Shown here: in pieces, positions 37,101 to 47,884 of the stretch
Layout: each line of letters opens with the position of its first letter
Position numbering within the stretch: position 1 is the stretch's first letter
Assembly: GCA_044450345.1 (NCBI GenBank)
Contig: JBIOIY010000004.1
Span: forward strand, 64,001-128,000
From: Thermodesulfovibrionales bacterium
Lineage (GTDB): Bacteria > Nitrospirota > Thermodesulfovibrionia > Thermodesulfovibrionales > UBA6898
Direction: 5' to 3'
DNA: 64,000 nt
Program-made: the position numbers and the translations under genes
The notes under the pieces: model-generated
Databases searched by the model: none
What the model saw: only the letters and a program-made list of their open reading frames with translations
Told to the model about the DNA's origin: nothing

Positions 37101-39396
37101 TATCGCTCCTGTCACATTGACGACTCCGACGGAGACCATTTCTTACAGGTCCAGATCAACCGCTATTGACTTGAGCAGCCCGCCAAACGGTACGGTCACC
37201 GATACATATACGATCAACGGGGCAACCTGGAGTGAGGCCAGCAAGGTCTGGAAGCTGGGTGACATCATCGATTCGACCCCGCGCGTGGCATCCTGGATAC
37301 CCCTGAACAAATACGACACATGGTACGGAGACGGCCCCTATTCCACATTTATCGGAACATCGACATACCAAGGCAGGGGCATGGTGTTTACAGGAGCCAA
37401 CGACGGCATGCTCCATGCATTCAAACTCGGCACCCTTGATCCGCTATCGGTGTGCAAGGGCACAACGACTTCCTGTTTTTCTGACGCTGACTGCGTCGGG
37501 GTTGGGGGTGGCGTGTGCATACGGGCCCAGAACATCTCAGGGTTCATCAAGGCAAGGCTCTGCGAGGACGCCAACGGAAACGGCAAATGCGAGCCGTCTG
37601 AGACCACCAAAAGCAACCTGGGCAAAGAACAATGGGCGTTTATACCTAAAAGTGCCCTGCCGTATCTGCAGTATCTTTCCAACCCGGATTATTGCCATCT
37701 CTACTATGTCGATGCCACCTCTTATTTATTTGATGCAAGCATAGAGGCGCCCGGCGTCCATCCAACCGATTACTGGACTCAGACCAAAAAGGTCATGTGC
37801 GGATCAAATCAACCGTGCACCCCCACCAATAATACGCTTGACCTGGCCAATTCAAGCTGGAGATCGATACTGATCGGCGGCATGAGGCTCGGCGGCGCCT
37901 GCAGCGGTCCCAGCTATTGCAAGCTGATCGCCTCACCTTTTACAGTAACGACGACGATATGCAGTGATGATGCCGACTGCGCGACCGGATACAGCTGTGC
38001 AAAAACAGCGAATACGGTCGGAGCGCCTGCAACTAATCTAGGGTATTCGTCATATTTTGCCCTTGATGTCACTGATCCCTCTGCGCCGCAGCTGATGTGG
38101 GAATTTACAAATCCTAACCTCGGCGCTGCATCGAGCGGCGCGGCGGTTGTAAAAATACAAGCCAGGACTTCAACCGGGACTTCGAGCATGACTGATGCTG
38201 GTGCGGACAAGATCAAGAGAAACGGAAAGTGGTTTGCCGTCATTGCATCCGGCCCCACCGGCCCGGTGGGGAATTCACTGTTCAAAGGCTTTTCCAACCA
38301 GAACCTCAGACTCTTTGTCCTTGACCTGAAAACAGGGACCCTGCTCCGTACCATAGATACCGGAATAGCAAATGCTTTTGGCGGTTCCATGACCAATGCA
38401 ACTGTTGATTGGGATCTCGATTACCAGGATGACGCCTTGTACCTTGGCTATACTAAATCGGAAGACGCGACACCTTCGGGCACCACGGCCTGGACCAAGG
38501 GCGGAGTGCTCCGTCTTATCACCAGGGAGGACCTGAGCGGCAATGATGTATCAACTACCGGCAACACTGCGCTGAACCCGGCAAACTGGCTTGTGACCAA
38601 GGTCATTGACAACATCGGTCCGGTGACCTCTGCGATCGGGCATCTTGTCCATTATCCTTTTTCTGCGGCGCCTAATTTTTCGGCGAATAACACGCCTCCT
38701 GACAAGGCGTACATCTACTTCGGCTCGGGTCGTTATTTTTACCCTTTCGATGATACTGCGAACCAGCGGGCGCTATATGGTGTGGTCGAGCCCTGCCTTT
38801 CCAAAAATCGTCCTTCAGGTGGCGACTGGACGGGATTCACTACGACCGATACAACCGTAGCGCCGGTATGTGACGACAATGGCGGGACGCCTGTGACCTG
38901 CCTTACCACGTCGACCCCTCCGGCAAAGGACTTCTTCTCTCCGGCGAGCTGCCTGACGGACGCGACTTTAAGTTCAACTCTGACCAGTGCGCCGAATGGA
39001 TGGTATATAAACCTCGATACCCCGGCAGGAACACTGTACAGTGAACGGGTGATCACCGACCCGCTCGCCGCGAAGAGCGGGGTTGTCTTTTTCACTACCT
39101 TCTCTCCGGATACGGATATCTGCGCCTATGGCGGCAACACTAGTCTATGGGCCGTCCAATTTGACACTGGCGGCGCCGTCGGTGACAAAATTGAGGGTAT
39201 GGGATTGCTGCAGGTGTCGACCGGCGCTATTGCGGAGGTCAACCTGGGCGCCCGTTTCGGCGATAAGACTGACGTAAGTCACAAGTTAGGCCGGAGGACC
39301 ACCTCCATAGAGGGAGTGCCGCCTTCAGGCCAGGGGCTCGCGGTGATACTTGCTCCGCCGCCGGTCGATACATTTGTTCATATAAGAAAAAAATGA
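34102..39396 (+). CDS. pilY1: Type IV pilus tip adhesin PilY1 (vWA-like + beta-propeller)
   Basis: PNVLIILDNSGSM, TPLAETL, LLTDG, KLGDIIDSTP, GANDGMLHAF, EQWAFIP, YFGSGRY, GWYINL. Confidence 0.92.
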   Translation: MKSRKNIPVVVIGVFLCAVLMLSAQAEANPPSQKGYCIQPPFLVAPKQPNVLIILDNSGSMNCLAYQSGFDPSQFTSGTYYGYFDPTKNYRYDTSSSTAAAPNRWIPTNAAMNTGTVANPIASGNLLNWITMSRQDIAKKLLIGGRAATGISSAGAYNVADRTTSPVKLYADSDATSGLTCTTNVKSNDGTDKVCSNNNAQTCDADSDCGAGNTCNYLIYPFVGDYKYTVATGDTNTFSIAFNDPSTLKLYPNRNYPGSNPAYTFPNAWVVSTGTQANAYQTVDETTANTTDYITNKTTTEQALFDYDRANAALLAASGTISSVTVHAYAKKTGSATLYLQAVMWMNIPLLPDSVQPSGLSALTTSFADIPFDYPLNPITGAPWDWSDLTGTNSATGPNRLKAFGVQTMGPSNASPTSSLYATVSQVYIQINVSSPPAGGPYKIIVDQGTTPATGILDAMSTEVRFGLAQYNSNGVGGKIADTSATTPTYVNAGNVPNIVKTISNTIGASTTPLAETLYEMERYFRQDSTYYSSADYTKGCATALNGTSNCTGQSVNTNDPYFYGGSINQYVPCTQSYVLLLTDGESYSDTALPSTTPASPYAPCSLTNIKGCSGAGTLPRPTRFGGTTIGQTYTGSGSDYLIDVAYWGRTNDMRTGATDLPTNWQQGLPKTQNIYLYTVFLFGSGSTLLQDAAIYGGFQDINGNNQPDCTTKPEECYRDSNGDGHIYSVRHRFCTNEAPTFATTCLTDANCTAGGTCLDPDAPITYYEGDDGYKLQASITAALTEILKRAASGTAASVLASGQGSGANLLQAIFYPKRSISGQSDIMWTSTLQNLWYYINPSSSSASTIRENTADTGSIYELNLDKDNIINFFFDDTTQMTKANLFADANGDGVADSTIPTAVVDGTAVKNLWEAGLMLWNTSADSRKIYTNVTDTYAATTTAFAGMTEFKTANLTGTTPTLQSLLNTDYTVGTGIGQRTAANNTTVAQNIINYVRGTDIAPVTLTTPTETISYRSRSTAIDLSSPPNGTVTDTYTINGATWSEASKVWKLGDIIDSTPRVASWIPLNKYDTWYGDGPYSTFIGTSTYQGRGMVFTGANDGMLHAFKLGTLDPLSVCKGTTTSCFSDADCVGVGGGVCIRAQNISGFIKARLCEDANGNGKCEPSETTKSNLGKEQWAFIPKSALPYLQYLSNPDYCHLYYVDATSYLFDASIEAPGVHPTDYWTQTKKVMCGSNQPCTPTNNTLDLANSSWRSILIGGMRLGGACSGPSYCKLIASPFTVTTTICSDDADCATGYSCAKTANTVGAPATNLGYSSYFALDVTDPSAPQLMWEFTNPNLGAASSGAAVVKIQARTSTGTSSMTDAGADKIKRNGKWFAVIASGPTGPVGNSLFKGFSNQNLRLFVLDLKTGTLLRTIDTGIANAFGGSMTNATVDWDLDYQDDALYLGYTKSEDATPSGTTAWTKGGVLRLITREDLSGNDVSTTGNTALNPANWLVTKVIDNIGPVTSAIGHLVHYPFSAAPNFSANNTPPDKAYIYFGSGRYFYPFDDTANQRALYGVVEPCLSKNRPSGGDWTGFTTTDTTVAPVCDDNGGTPVTCLTTSTPPAKDFFSPASCLTDATLSSTLTSAPNGWYINLDTPAGTLYSERVITDPLAAKSGVVFFTTFSPDTDICAYGGNTSLWAVQFDTGGAVGDKIEGMGLLQVSTGAIAEVNLGARFGDKTDVSHKLGRRTTSIEGVPPSGQGLAVILAPPPVDTFVHIRKK

Positions 39397-39953
39397 GGAA
39401 TAACCGGGGTGTCACATTGGTCGAGCTGCTGGTGGTTATTTCTATAATAGCCATACTTGCCGTGGCCCTCGGTTTTACCTACCAGGGATGGCAGGGCAGC
39501 TTCAAGGTCGAAAATGCGGTGAAACAACTCCATGCAGATTTGATGACTGCCAGGACACTGGCAATGTCGACGAAAGTAGCATACATTGTCGATTTTCCTA
39601 CAGCGACTTCATACGAAATCAGGACTTGGAATGATACAAACAGCGACGGCAAAATCGATGCTGCTGAGATCACGGGCCTGCCCGCATTCCCGGTCCCGAA
39701 GACTTTGCAGTATCCAGTGCCGGCCGGCATCGTCGGCGTACTTTACATCTTCGATCAGCAGGGGCTTATATCCTCGGGTAATCTCGGTAATCCGCCGGTC
39801 CTCATCGACCCGGAAAATCCTCCTGTTATCATAAATCCTCCGGTTAAAATATTCCTTACCTCCACGAATACTCCGGATTACGACTGCATTACAATGTCCC
39901 AGTCAAGGATAAATATCGGGCTTATGGCCGCAGGAGTCTGCAATGCAAAATAG
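39393..39953 (+). CDS. fimT: Minor pilin FimT/FimU-like
   Basis: Prepilin motif G|VTLVELLVV. Confidence 0.8.
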   Translation: MRNNRGVTLVELLVVISIIAILAVALGFTYQGWQGSFKVENAVKQLHADLMTARTLAMSTKVAYIVDFPTATSYEIRTWNDTNSDGKIDAAEITGLPAFPVPKTLQYPVPAGIVGVLYIFDQQGLISSGNLGNPPVLIDPENPPVIINPPVKIFLTSTNTPDYDCITMSQSRINIGLMAAGVCNAK

Positions 39954-40419
39954 AGGACTGAATCAGAAAGGGGTCACGCTTGTCGAGGTGCTGATCTCAC
40001 TGGTGATACTTCTGATCGTCTTTATGGGGCTTATCCAGGCGTCTATCTTGAGCATTAACCACAACCTCCGCAATGCGATGAGGGACGAGGCCGTCAGGAT
40101 CGCCTCTGAATATATGTCAATGGCCAGATCGACTGCTAATATTGACAAGATAGCAGGGGCGCAATCTGCCGTTAATTTATGCCCGGCTGTGTTTACTGCT
40201 GCAGCGCCGCTATCCACTACTATAAACAGGGGAATCAGAAATATCAATCAGCAATTTATTGTTACAACGACGGGTTGTTATACAGATGCTACGTATAGTA
40301 TTGCAGAGGCCACAGTAACTGTTAACTATATATACCCGGAACAGCCCACTGCCGACCTTCTCGACCCCAACAAAAGGCAGACAACGAGTGCGAATTCGCG
40401 GGTGAAAAGAAGACTATGA
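39943..40419 (+). CDS. pilV: Minor pilin PilV-like
   Basis: G|VTLVEVLISL prepilin motif; operon position. Confidence 0.8.
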   Translation: MQNRGLNQKGVTLVEVLISLVILLIVFMGLIQASILSINHNLRNAMRDEAVRIASEYMSMARSTANIDKIAGAQSAVNLCPAVFTAAAPLSTTINRGIRNINQQFIVTTTGCYTDATYSIAEATVTVNYIYPEQPTADLLDPNKRQTTSANSRVKRRL

Positions 40420-41648
40420 TGAGTAAAAGACAAAATCGGCCTGTCTGCCGGTCTCAGGGCGGACCCGTCCTCCGTCAGTCCGGAGGATTCACATTGGTTG
40501 AGCTGATGATTACCATGATAATATTTATACTGGCGATCACTGCCGCATCCCAGATATTCGTGGGGCTGCTGACCCAGTTCAAACAGCAGAGCAAGATCGC
40601 CGAGACGAATATTGAGGGTGTCATTGGACTCGAACTGCTGAGGGCCGACATCGAGCAGGCGGGCTTTGGACTGCCCAGGGACATGAACGGGGTTACCTAT
40701 GTCGAAGCGGTTAACGATCAGGCGACATGGTGGAACACGCCGTCTCCTGACGCTCGCACTGGCTATAACGATAATAACAATCCGCCGAGGGCTATAGTAA
40801 TTGGGCCCCAAAACGGAATGAACAACTCTGATATCCTTGTTGTCAAGGCAACGAATGTTGCAACAAGCGATGCTGCGCATAAATCGACTTATGTTGCGGA
40901 TGACGGCAGTATTCAAACCACGGGTTCTGCGAAGGAAGACCTGTTAAATACAGATTGGGTTATTGCCTTGTTCCCGGACCTTACAGGGATGCCGACGGTG
41001 CTTTTAAATGGCGGAGTTCAATTCACATTCAACGGAACACCCCCCGTAACAACTGCCCGGTTAGGGGCCGCTCCCGGTACAATAAACCTTGTATATGGAA
41101 TCAGCCCGGCCGGTCCCCTGCGGATGCCTTTTAACCGGGCCGATTATTACATCAGGCGGCCTACGACGGCCGGAAGTATGCCGGCCAGATGCGCGCCGGG
41201 GACAGGGGTTTTATACAAGGCAACACTTAACCACGCTGACGGCAAGCATTCAGAAATGCCCCTGCTGGACTGTGTAGTGGATATGCAGGTGGTTTTTGGA
41301 TTGGATACGAATGGAGATAAAGTGGCCGATTTTTTTGGAGATATCCCAGTCGGTTATACTGCCCAGCAGATAAGGGACCAGGTCATTGACGTTCGTGTCT
41401 ATATAGTCGCCCAGGAGGGACAAATTGACACGACATATACATATAAAAATTCGGTTCGTGGTCCAGATGCTCTCTGCGATGTTGATAGCGTGGTCTGCAT
41501 TAACTATACCAATAGTAATACTGGTGCTCAGGTTTATTATAAAGCTGTTGACGTTAGTGCGTTGCCGGGAATTGGGACGGGATGGAAGAACTACAGGTGG
41601 AAATTATATACATTGGTGGCGAAGCCGTATTTCAGTCTGCAGCAATGA
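40416..41648 (+). CDS. pilW: Minor pilin PilW-like
   Basis: G|FTLVELMI; DIEQAGFG; DMQVVFGLDTNGD. Confidence 0.82.
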   Translation: MMSKRQNRPVCRSQGGPVLRQSGGFTLVELMITMIIFILAITAASQIFVGLLTQFKQQSKIAETNIEGVIGLELLRADIEQAGFGLPRDMNGVTYVEAVNDQATWWNTPSPDARTGYNDNNNPPRAIVIGPQNGMNNSDILVVKATNVATSDAAHKSTYVADDGSIQTTGSAKEDLLNTDWVIALFPDLTGMPTVLLNGGVQFTFNGTPPVTTARLGAAPGTINLVYGISPAGPLRMPFNRADYYIRRPTTAGSMPARCAPGTGVLYKATLNHADGKHSEMPLLDCVVDMQVVFGLDTNGDKVADFFGDIPVGYTAQQIRDQVIDVRVYIVAQEGQIDTTYTYKNSVRGPDALCDVDSVVCINYTNSNTGAQVYYKAVDVSALPGIGTGWKNYRWKLYTLVAKPYFSLQQ

Positions 41649-41655
41649 GGTGATA

Positions 41656-42276
41656 ATGAAATTAATAAGAAACGAAAAAGGCATAGCGCTTGTGATGGTC
41701 TTGATCTTCTCCCTGATAGGGCTCGCAATTGTATCGGCCATGCTTTTTATGTTGACACAGGGGACCAGGATTTCAGGCTCCCTCAAGATCTACAAATCAG
41801 GAGATGAGGCAGGGCTCGGCGGTACATTGACTTTAGCAGAGATGATCAAGAACAAGGGCCTCGCTCCCGCCTTGACAACGCAGCCCTTTGGTTTGGACGC
41901 ATGTCTTCAGCAAAAGCTGAGCACCTCAAGGGGTGCTGGCACTACTTTGGCCACCACCTTATGGACCATCTGTAAGGCCGATCCTACCAGGCTTTCGCTG
42001 GACCCAACTGTCAGCCCCGATATGACTGTTGACTTCCCCGGTCCGCCCGGAATTACTTTCAGGGCATATACCAAAATTGTTGATACTGTCAAGGGCAACA
42101 CAGATACCAGCGGAATCGTTACGTCGGGACAATTGGGCGGAACAGGTGTTGTCGAAGCTGCAGGCGGTCAGTCTTTTGCGGCCGCCAACCCCTATTTGTA
42201 CAAGCTTGAGATCCAGACCCAGAATCTGACAAACCCGACCGAAAAATCACGATATTCAGCCCTGTACGCGCATTGA
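41656..42276 (+). CDS. pilX: Minor pilin PilX-like (start at MKLIRNEKG)
   Basis: G|IALVMVL lacking Glu5, typical of PilX; RBS GAGGTG. Confidence 0.8.
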   Translation: MKLIRNEKGIALVMVLIFSLIGLAIVSAMLFMLTQGTRISGSLKIYKSGDEAGLGGTLTLAEMIKNKGLAPALTTQPFGLDACLQQKLSTSRGAGTTLATTLWTICKADPTRLSLDPTVSPDMTVDFPGPPGITFRAYTKIVDTVKGNTDTSGIVTSGQLGGTGVVEAAGGQSFAAANPYLYKLEIQTQNLTNPTEKSRYSALYAH

Positions 42277-42420
42277 TAACACGATTCTTAAAGCCGCGGG
42301 TGCGACCTTGCCCCGAACCTCCGCAGTTACGTGCCCTCCCGGGCACGTTTAGCTTGAAAATTACCTTGTCCCGTGTTATTATTTTCTCATGCTGAGAAAG
42401 GGATTTTCTATCCTTTACCC

Positions 42421-42690
42421 ATGACGGAAAAAAAGTTTAAATATTCTCTCATCCTTAGGGCGACTGATGACAAGAGGCTGCAGTATATCACAGCCAGACG
42501 ACTGGGTGAGCTCTGGCCGGACCAGTCGTTTGCCCAGTGGAAGGCAAGAGTGGAGAGAGGCGAAACCATCATCCTTATGCGTACCGACAGCTTGGCAGAG
42601 ATAACCCCGTTCAAGGAGAAACTCGACGAAGCCGGCGCCCTCACGGATATCGTAGAGCAGAAGTCTATCGGCGGAGCCAAAGTTTTCTAA
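42421..42690 (+). CDS. Hypothetical protein (likely start MTEKK)
   Basis: Plausible 89-aa ORF between the pilin operon and dnaE. Confidence 0.55.
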   Translation: MTEKKFKYSLILRATDDKRLQYITARRLGELWPDQSFAQWKARVERGETIILMRTDSLAEITPFKEKLDEAGALTDIVEQKSIGGAKVF

Positions 42691-42895
42691 TAGGCCCGCA
42701 AGAGGCAAATAGTTCCGCGCGGACATTCGCGATCATGTTTTGCCGTCCTGATTTCCCCCCCTGCAATGGAAGCCCTTACCGTAAGTCTGCTTTTCCTGCA
42801 GCAGTTATTGTTTTGCTGTCTGTGCCTCCGTATCTCTGCGGTATTCTTCACGCGCGCAATTGACTTGAATCTTGCCCTAAGGTTAAAATTTCTGT

Positions 42896-45800
42896 ATGCA
42901 TTTGCACTCGGATTTTGTCTCCCTCCACCTGCATACTGAATACAGTCTCCTGGACGGGGCCATACGCATAAAAGAACTGGTCGAAAGGGCGAAGGAATTC
43001 AGGATGCCCGCCCTCGCCATGACCGACCACGGCAACCTCTTCGGCGCTGTCGATTTTTATAAAAAGGTCACGAAGGCCGGCATCAAGCCCATCATCGGCT
43101 GCGAGGTATACGTTGCGCCCGGCAGCAGGTTCGACAGGGGAGGATCGGAAAACGAAGAGGCGTCATTCCACCTTATACTTCTTGCGAGGAACAATGCCGG
43201 ATATAAAAACCTCGTATCGCTTGTCACGAAGGCATATCTTGAGGGTTTCTACTATAAGCCGAGGATAGATATGGGCCTCCTCGAACAATACAGCGGCGGA
43301 CTCATCGGGCTTTCTGCATGTCTGAAAGGCGAGATACCCTACTGCCTTCAGAGGGGCCTTGTCGACCGGGCACGGGAGAGGGCGCTGCAGTTCAAGCATA
43401 TTCTCGGCGCTGAAAATTTTTATATCGAGATCCAGGAAAACGGCATGCCCGAGCAGGCCGGGGCGAACAAGAAGCTTATCGAACTTGCGCGGGAGCTCCA
43501 TATCGGGATAGTGGCGACGAATGACTGTCATTACCTGAAACGCGAAGACGCCAAGGCCCATGAAGTGCTCCTCTGCATCCAGACCGGCAAGACAATGAAG
43601 GACGCCAACAGGATGCGGATGGCCACCGATGAGTTTTATTTTAAGTCGCCGGCCGAGATGAAGGAGGCGTTCAAGGATGTCCCCGAGGCGATCACGAACA
43701 CGATCTCAATCGCTGAACGCTGTAATGTCGAGTTCACTCTGGGTGAAAGTCTCCTGCCTCGCTATAAGGTAGAAACAGGCGAGAACCCCGATGATTATCT
43801 TACGGCCCTCGCGCGTACCGGCCTCGAAAAGAAATTCAGCGGTCCTGTCCCTGAGACATACAGGGAACGGTTGAGCCTCGAGCTCGACGTGATAAAAAAA
43901 ATGGGATATGCGTCGTACTTTCTTATAGTCTGGGATTTCATAAGCTTCGCAAGAAGCAGGGGCATTCCCGTGGGGCCCGGCAGGGGGTCTGCCGCAGGCA
44001 GCCTGGTCTCCTACTCCATAGGTATAACCGAGATAGACCCTCTTAGGTATAATCTCCTCTTCGAGCGGTTCCTGAACCCCGAGAGGATCAGCATGCCGGA
44101 CATCGACGTCGATTTCTGCCAGGACAGGCGGTCGGAGGTGATATCCTACGTCTCGGAAAAATACGGCAAGGACCGCGTGGCCCAGATCATTACCTTCGGG
44201 ACCATGGCGGCAAAGGCGGCGATAAGGGACGTCGGCCGGGCCATGGACATGCCTTACGCAGAGGTAGACAGGATAGCCAAACTCGTGCCGAACACCCTGA
44301 AGATAACGATCGAGGAGGCGATAAGAGCGGAACCCCAGCTTAAGGCGATGTACGATTCGGACGCCGGGGTGAGGGAACTTTTGAGCATCGCCATGCGCCT
44401 TGAAGGTCTGAACCGGCACGCCTCGACTCATGCCGCAGGCGTGATTATCGCACCGGTGCCGCTGACTGAATATACTCCGCTTTATAAGAGCCCTTCCGAT
44501 GAGAGCATTATGACGCAGTTCGATATGGGGTCTGCGGAAGGGATCGGCCTCCTGAAGTTCGATTTCCTCGGGCTCAAGACGCTTACCGTCATCCAAAAGA
44601 CCCTCGACCTTATCAGACAGAGCGGCGGGTATATATCCCTGCCCGAAATCCCGCTCGATGACAAGGAGACCTACGAACTGCTCAGTTCCGGCCAGACGAC
44701 CGGCATATTCCAGCTCGAAAGCGCGGGGATGAAGGACATCCTCGTCAAGATGGGACCGAACAGGTTTGAAGACCTCATCGCGCTTGTGGCCCTCTACAGG
44801 CCGGGACCGATCGGCAGCGGCATGATCGACGATTTCATAAAACGCAAGAAGGGGAAGACGGCGGTGAAGTATGACCTTCCCCAGCTGAAAGAGATACTCG
44901 ATGAGACCTACGGGGTCATACTCTATCAGGAGCAGGTCATGCGGATAGCGAACAAGCTCGCCGACTTCTCGCTCGGACAGGCCGATATCCTCAGGAAGGC
45001 GATGGGGAAGAAGAACTCCGAGGCGATGGCGAAACAGAAAGAGAACTTCGTAAAGGGCGCGATCGCAAACGGCATACCAGAGAAAAAGGCGGCAAAGATC
45101 TTCGATCTTATGGAGCTCTTTGCAGAATACGGTTTCAATAAATCGCACTCCGCTGCATATGCCTATGTCTCCTTCCAGACCGCCTATCTCAAGACCCATT
45201 ACCCGGTCGAGTTCATGGCCGCGACCCTCAGCGCAGACATGTCCGATACCGACAAGATCGTGAAGTCCATAAACGAATGCAGGAAGATGAAGATAGAGAT
45301 GCTGCCCCCCGATATCAACCTCTCCGGAAGGGAATTCAAGGTGATCGGCAACTCGATACGGTTCGGGCTCGAGGCGGTAAAAGGTGTCGGCGGCGCGGCG
45401 ATAGAATCGATTGTCGAGGTGAGGTCGGAGGGGGGACCGTTCAAGTCGATCTCCGACTTTATCGAGAGGGTCGACCCGCGTAAGGTGAACAAGAAGGTGC
45501 TCGAGGGCCTTGTCAAGGCAGGGGCCTTCGATTCTCTGGACGTGACGAGGGCGGCCGCGATGAAGACAGTCGCGGACCTTCTCAACGGCGGCAAGCCTAA
45601 AAACGAAGGCCAGCAGAGCATCTTCGGCGATATGCAGATCGAGACGGAAGAGGATGTTGCGGAGTGGGAGGAGACGGAATTATTGAGCAACGAGAAAGAA
45701 TCGCTCGGTTTTTACATTACCGGACATCCCTTGTCGAAGTTTGAGCCCCTGCTGAAGAGGATAAAGGCAAGGAAGACATCCGAGCTTGAGACTGCCGCCG

Positions 45801-46297
45801 ACAAGGAAGATATCGTCATCGGAGGCGTGTTGCGGGCGATAAAGAAAAAGAACGTGAAATCTACTGGCGACATGATGGCATATGTGGCCCTCGAAGACGA
45901 TGAAGGCAGCGTTGAAGTGATCGTTTTTTCTGAACTCTACAAGAGCGTCAATGCACTTCTGAAAAAGGACGCGCTTGTACTCGTGAAAGGAAATATAGAC
46001 AGGGACGAAAAGGGCGTACGGGTGAGGGCGAGGGAGATCTCGGGTCTGGAGAACGCAGGCAGAAATGGACTGAAACGGCTTGAAATATCCCTCAAGGACC
46101 GGGAGTCGTGCAGGTCCTGTTTGAAAGAGATCAGGGCTCTCGTCTCCCAATACCCGGGGGATTGTCAGCTTTTTCTCAGGATCAGGCTCGATGGGTCGCA
46201 GACGCTTATCGCTACGGGAATCAGTCTGCGCCCCGACAACGCGCTGATCGGCACCCTTGAAGACATGGTTGGGAGAGGAGGCGTTACCGTCTCGTGA
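42896..46297 (+). CDS. dnaE: DNA polymerase III alpha subunit
   Basis: [29 protein letters not shown] and YGFNKSH motifs. Confidence 0.97.
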   Translation: MHLHSDFVSLHLHTEYSLLDGAIRIKELVERAKEFRMPALAMTDHGNLFGAVDFYKKVTKAGIKPIIGCEVYVAPGSRFDRGGSENEEASFHLILLARNNAGYKNLVSLVTKAYLEGFYYKPRIDMGLLEQYSGGLIGLSACLKGEIPYCLQRGLVDRARERALQFKHILGAENFYIEIQENGMPEQAGANKKLIELARELHIGIVATNDCHYLKREDAKAHEVLLCIQTGKTMKDANRMRMATDEFYFKSPAEMKEAFKDVPEAITNTISIAERCNVEFTLGESLLPRYKVETGENPDDYLTALARTGLEKKFSGPVPETYRERLSLELDVIKKMGYASYFLIVWDFISFARSRGIPVGPGRGSAAGSLVSYSIGITEIDPLRYNLLFERFLNPERISMPDIDVDFCQDRRSEVISYVSEKYGKDRVAQIITFGTMAAKAAIRDVGRAMDMPYAEVDRIAKLVPNTLKITIEEAIRAEPQLKAMYDSDAGVRELLSIAMRLEGLNRHASTHAAGVIIAPVPLTEYTPLYKSPSDESIMTQFDMGSAEGIGLLKFDFLGLKTLTVIQKTLDLIRQSGGYISLPEIPLDDKETYELLSSGQTTGIFQLESAGMKDILVKMGPNRFEDLIALVALYRPGPIGSGMIDDFIKRKKGKTAVKYDLPQLKEILDETYGVILYQEQVMRIANKLADFSLGQADILRKAMGKKNSEAMAKQKENFVKGAIANGIPEKKAAKIFDLMELFAEYGFNKSHSAAYAYVSFQTAYLKTHYPVEFMAATLSADMSDTDKIVKSINECRKMKIEMLPPDINLSGREFKVIGNSIRFGLEAVKGVGGAAIESIVEVRSEGGPFKSISDFIERVDPRKVNKKVLEGLVKAGAFDSLDVTRAAAMKTVADLLNGGKPKNEGQQSIFGDMQIETEEDVAEWEETELLSNEKESLGFYITGHPLSKFEPLLKRIKARKTSELETAADKEDIVIGGVLRAIKKKNVKSTGDMMAYVALEDDEGSVEVIVFSELYKSVNALLKKDALVLVKGNIDRDEKGVRVRAREISGLENAGRNGLKRLEISLKDRESCRSCLKEIRALVSQYPGDCQLFLRIRLDGSQTLIATGISLRPDNALIGTLEDMVGRGGVTVS

Positions 46298-47271
46298 TCA
46301 GTTCATATCTTGAATTTGAAAAGCCGATTGAAGAGCTCGAGATGAAGATAGATGAGCTCAGGCGCATATCGGACGGCAAGGACATCAACCTGGCCGGCGA
46401 GGTAAAAAAACTCGAAAAAAAGGTGAGGGACTTACGGACCGAGATATTTTCGAAGCTGACACCCTGGCAGAAGACGCTCCTGGCGAGGCACCCCGACCGG
46501 CCCCATACGCTCGACTACATGCCGCTTGTTACGGAAGAATTCATCGAGCTGCACGGCGACAGAAGGTTTGCCGACGACAAGGCGATTGTCGGCGGACTGG
46601 CGATGATAAAGGGCAATCCGGTAGTTATCATAGGCCATCAGAAGGGCAGAGGCACAAAGGAGAGGATACGGTGCAACTTCGGCCAGCCGCATCCGGAGGG
46701 ATATAGAAAGGCGCTGAGGCTCATGGAGCTGGCCGAGAAGTTCAAAAGGCCGGTCATTACCTTTGTGGACACACAGGGCGCCTTCCCCGGACAGGGGGCT
46801 GAAGAAAGAGGACAGGCTGAGGCAATCGCCCGCAATCTCATGCAGATGTCGAGGTTGAGGACCCCGATTATCTCGGTCGTCATAGGAGAGGGAGGGAGCG
46901 GCGGCGCCCTTGCCCTGAGTGTTGCCGACAGGCTTTACATGCTTGAGCATGCGGTGTATTCCGTGATATCGCCTGAAGGGTGCGCGGCGATACTCTGGAG
47001 AAAAAATGGAGAATTGAGCACAGAGGATTTCTCCAAGGCAGCCGATGCCCTGAAACTGACCGCCCAGGACCTGCTGAAGTTCAAGATAATAGACGATATT
47101 ATCGCTGAGCCGGTCGGAGGAGCGCACCGGGACATTCTGCAGACCGCGCAGAACATTTCGGACCGCATAGTCGGAACTATCGAGGAGCTTCGCAGCAAGA
47201 CACCGGGTAAGCTTGTGGAAGAAAGGTACAAGAGGCTCAGGAAGATAGGCAGTTTTGCCGGAGAGGCATAG
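46294..47271 (+). CDS. accA: Acetyl-CoA carboxylase carboxyltransferase alpha
   Basis: [32 protein letters not shown]. Confidence 0.96.
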   Translation: MISSYLEFEKPIEELEMKIDELRRISDGKDINLAGEVKKLEKKVRDLRTEIFSKLTPWQKTLLARHPDRPHTLDYMPLVTEEFIELHGDRRFADDKAIVGGLAMIKGNPVVIIGHQKGRGTKERIRCNFGQPHPEGYRKALRLMELAEKFKRPVITFVDTQGAFPGQGAEERGQAEAIARNLMQMSRLRTPIISVVIGEGGSGGALALSVADRLYMLEHAVYSVISPEGCAAILWRKNGELSTEDFSKAADALKLTAQDLLKFKIIDDIIAEPVGGAHRDILQTAQNISDRIVGTIEELRSKTPGKLVEERYKRLRKIGSFAGEA

Positions 47272-47325
47272 TCTTACGCGTGATAAAAAGAGGGGCGCAG
47301 TCAATACAATCATAATGGAGGAGAG

Positions 47326-47850
47326 ATGAAAAAAATTATTGTCGTGGTGTTGATTGTTTTCTTTGCCGCTGCATGCAAACAAAAAGAAGAACCTAAGGGA
47401 CAGTACCAGTTTCCGGCCGGCAACGCCCAGACGCAGGACGACACAAAACTTCTCGAGGATTTTGTGAAAAAAGAACCGGGAAACGTAGACGCCTGGATAA
47501 AGCTGGGCAATGCCCTGATGGATACAAAACGTTTTAACGAGGCGATCGACGCATATCAAAAGGCGCTCGCCATCAATCCCAAAAACGTCGATGTCAGGGT
47601 GGACCTGGGCACCTGTTACAGAAACAGCGGCAGACCGGCCGAGGCGATAAAGGAATACAGGAAGGCCCTTGAGATAGATCCCCGGCATCTGAACGCCCAT
47701 AAAAATCTGGGGGTGGTGTTGGCCGATGACATCCATGGCAAGGCCGAGGCCACAAAAGAGTTCGAAAAGTTTTTGGAACTTGCCCCGAATGACCCTGATG
47801 GTCCGCAGATCCGGCAGATGATCCAGGAGTTGAAGACTGCAAAAAAATAG
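47326..47850 (+). CDS. TPR-repeat lipoprotein
   Basis: Lipobox AAAC; several TPRs. Confidence 0.82.
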   Translation: MKKIIVVVLIVFFAAACKQKEEPKGQYQFPAGNAQTQDDTKLLEDFVKKEPGNVDAWIKLGNALMDTKRFNEAIDAYQKALAINPKNVDVRVDLGTCYRNSGRPAEAIKEYRKALEIDPRHLNAHKNLGVVLADDIHGKAEATKEFEKFLELAPNDPDGPQIRQMIQELKTAKK

Positions 47851-47884
47851 ACCGTGGATCGCGAATTAAGGTGTTGCCGCTGAT

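Noticed and set aside
40439..40473. Another repeat insertion in the pilW leader peptide
   Set aside because: Only partial resemblance (cctgtctgccgg..ggcgga) to the palindromes at 25590-25640; too degenerate to support
41425..41655. N-terminal extension of pilX in the ORF track
   Set aside because: Overlaps pilW; the RBS and prepilin motif support a start at 41656
43706..45199. 497-aa minus-strand ORF
   Set aside because: Antisense shadow of dnaE
42896..46297. Intein in DnaE
   Set aside because: Normal length and no intein splice motifs
46432..47736. 434-aa minus-strand ORF
   Set aside because: Antisense to accA and the TPR gene; no recognisable domain
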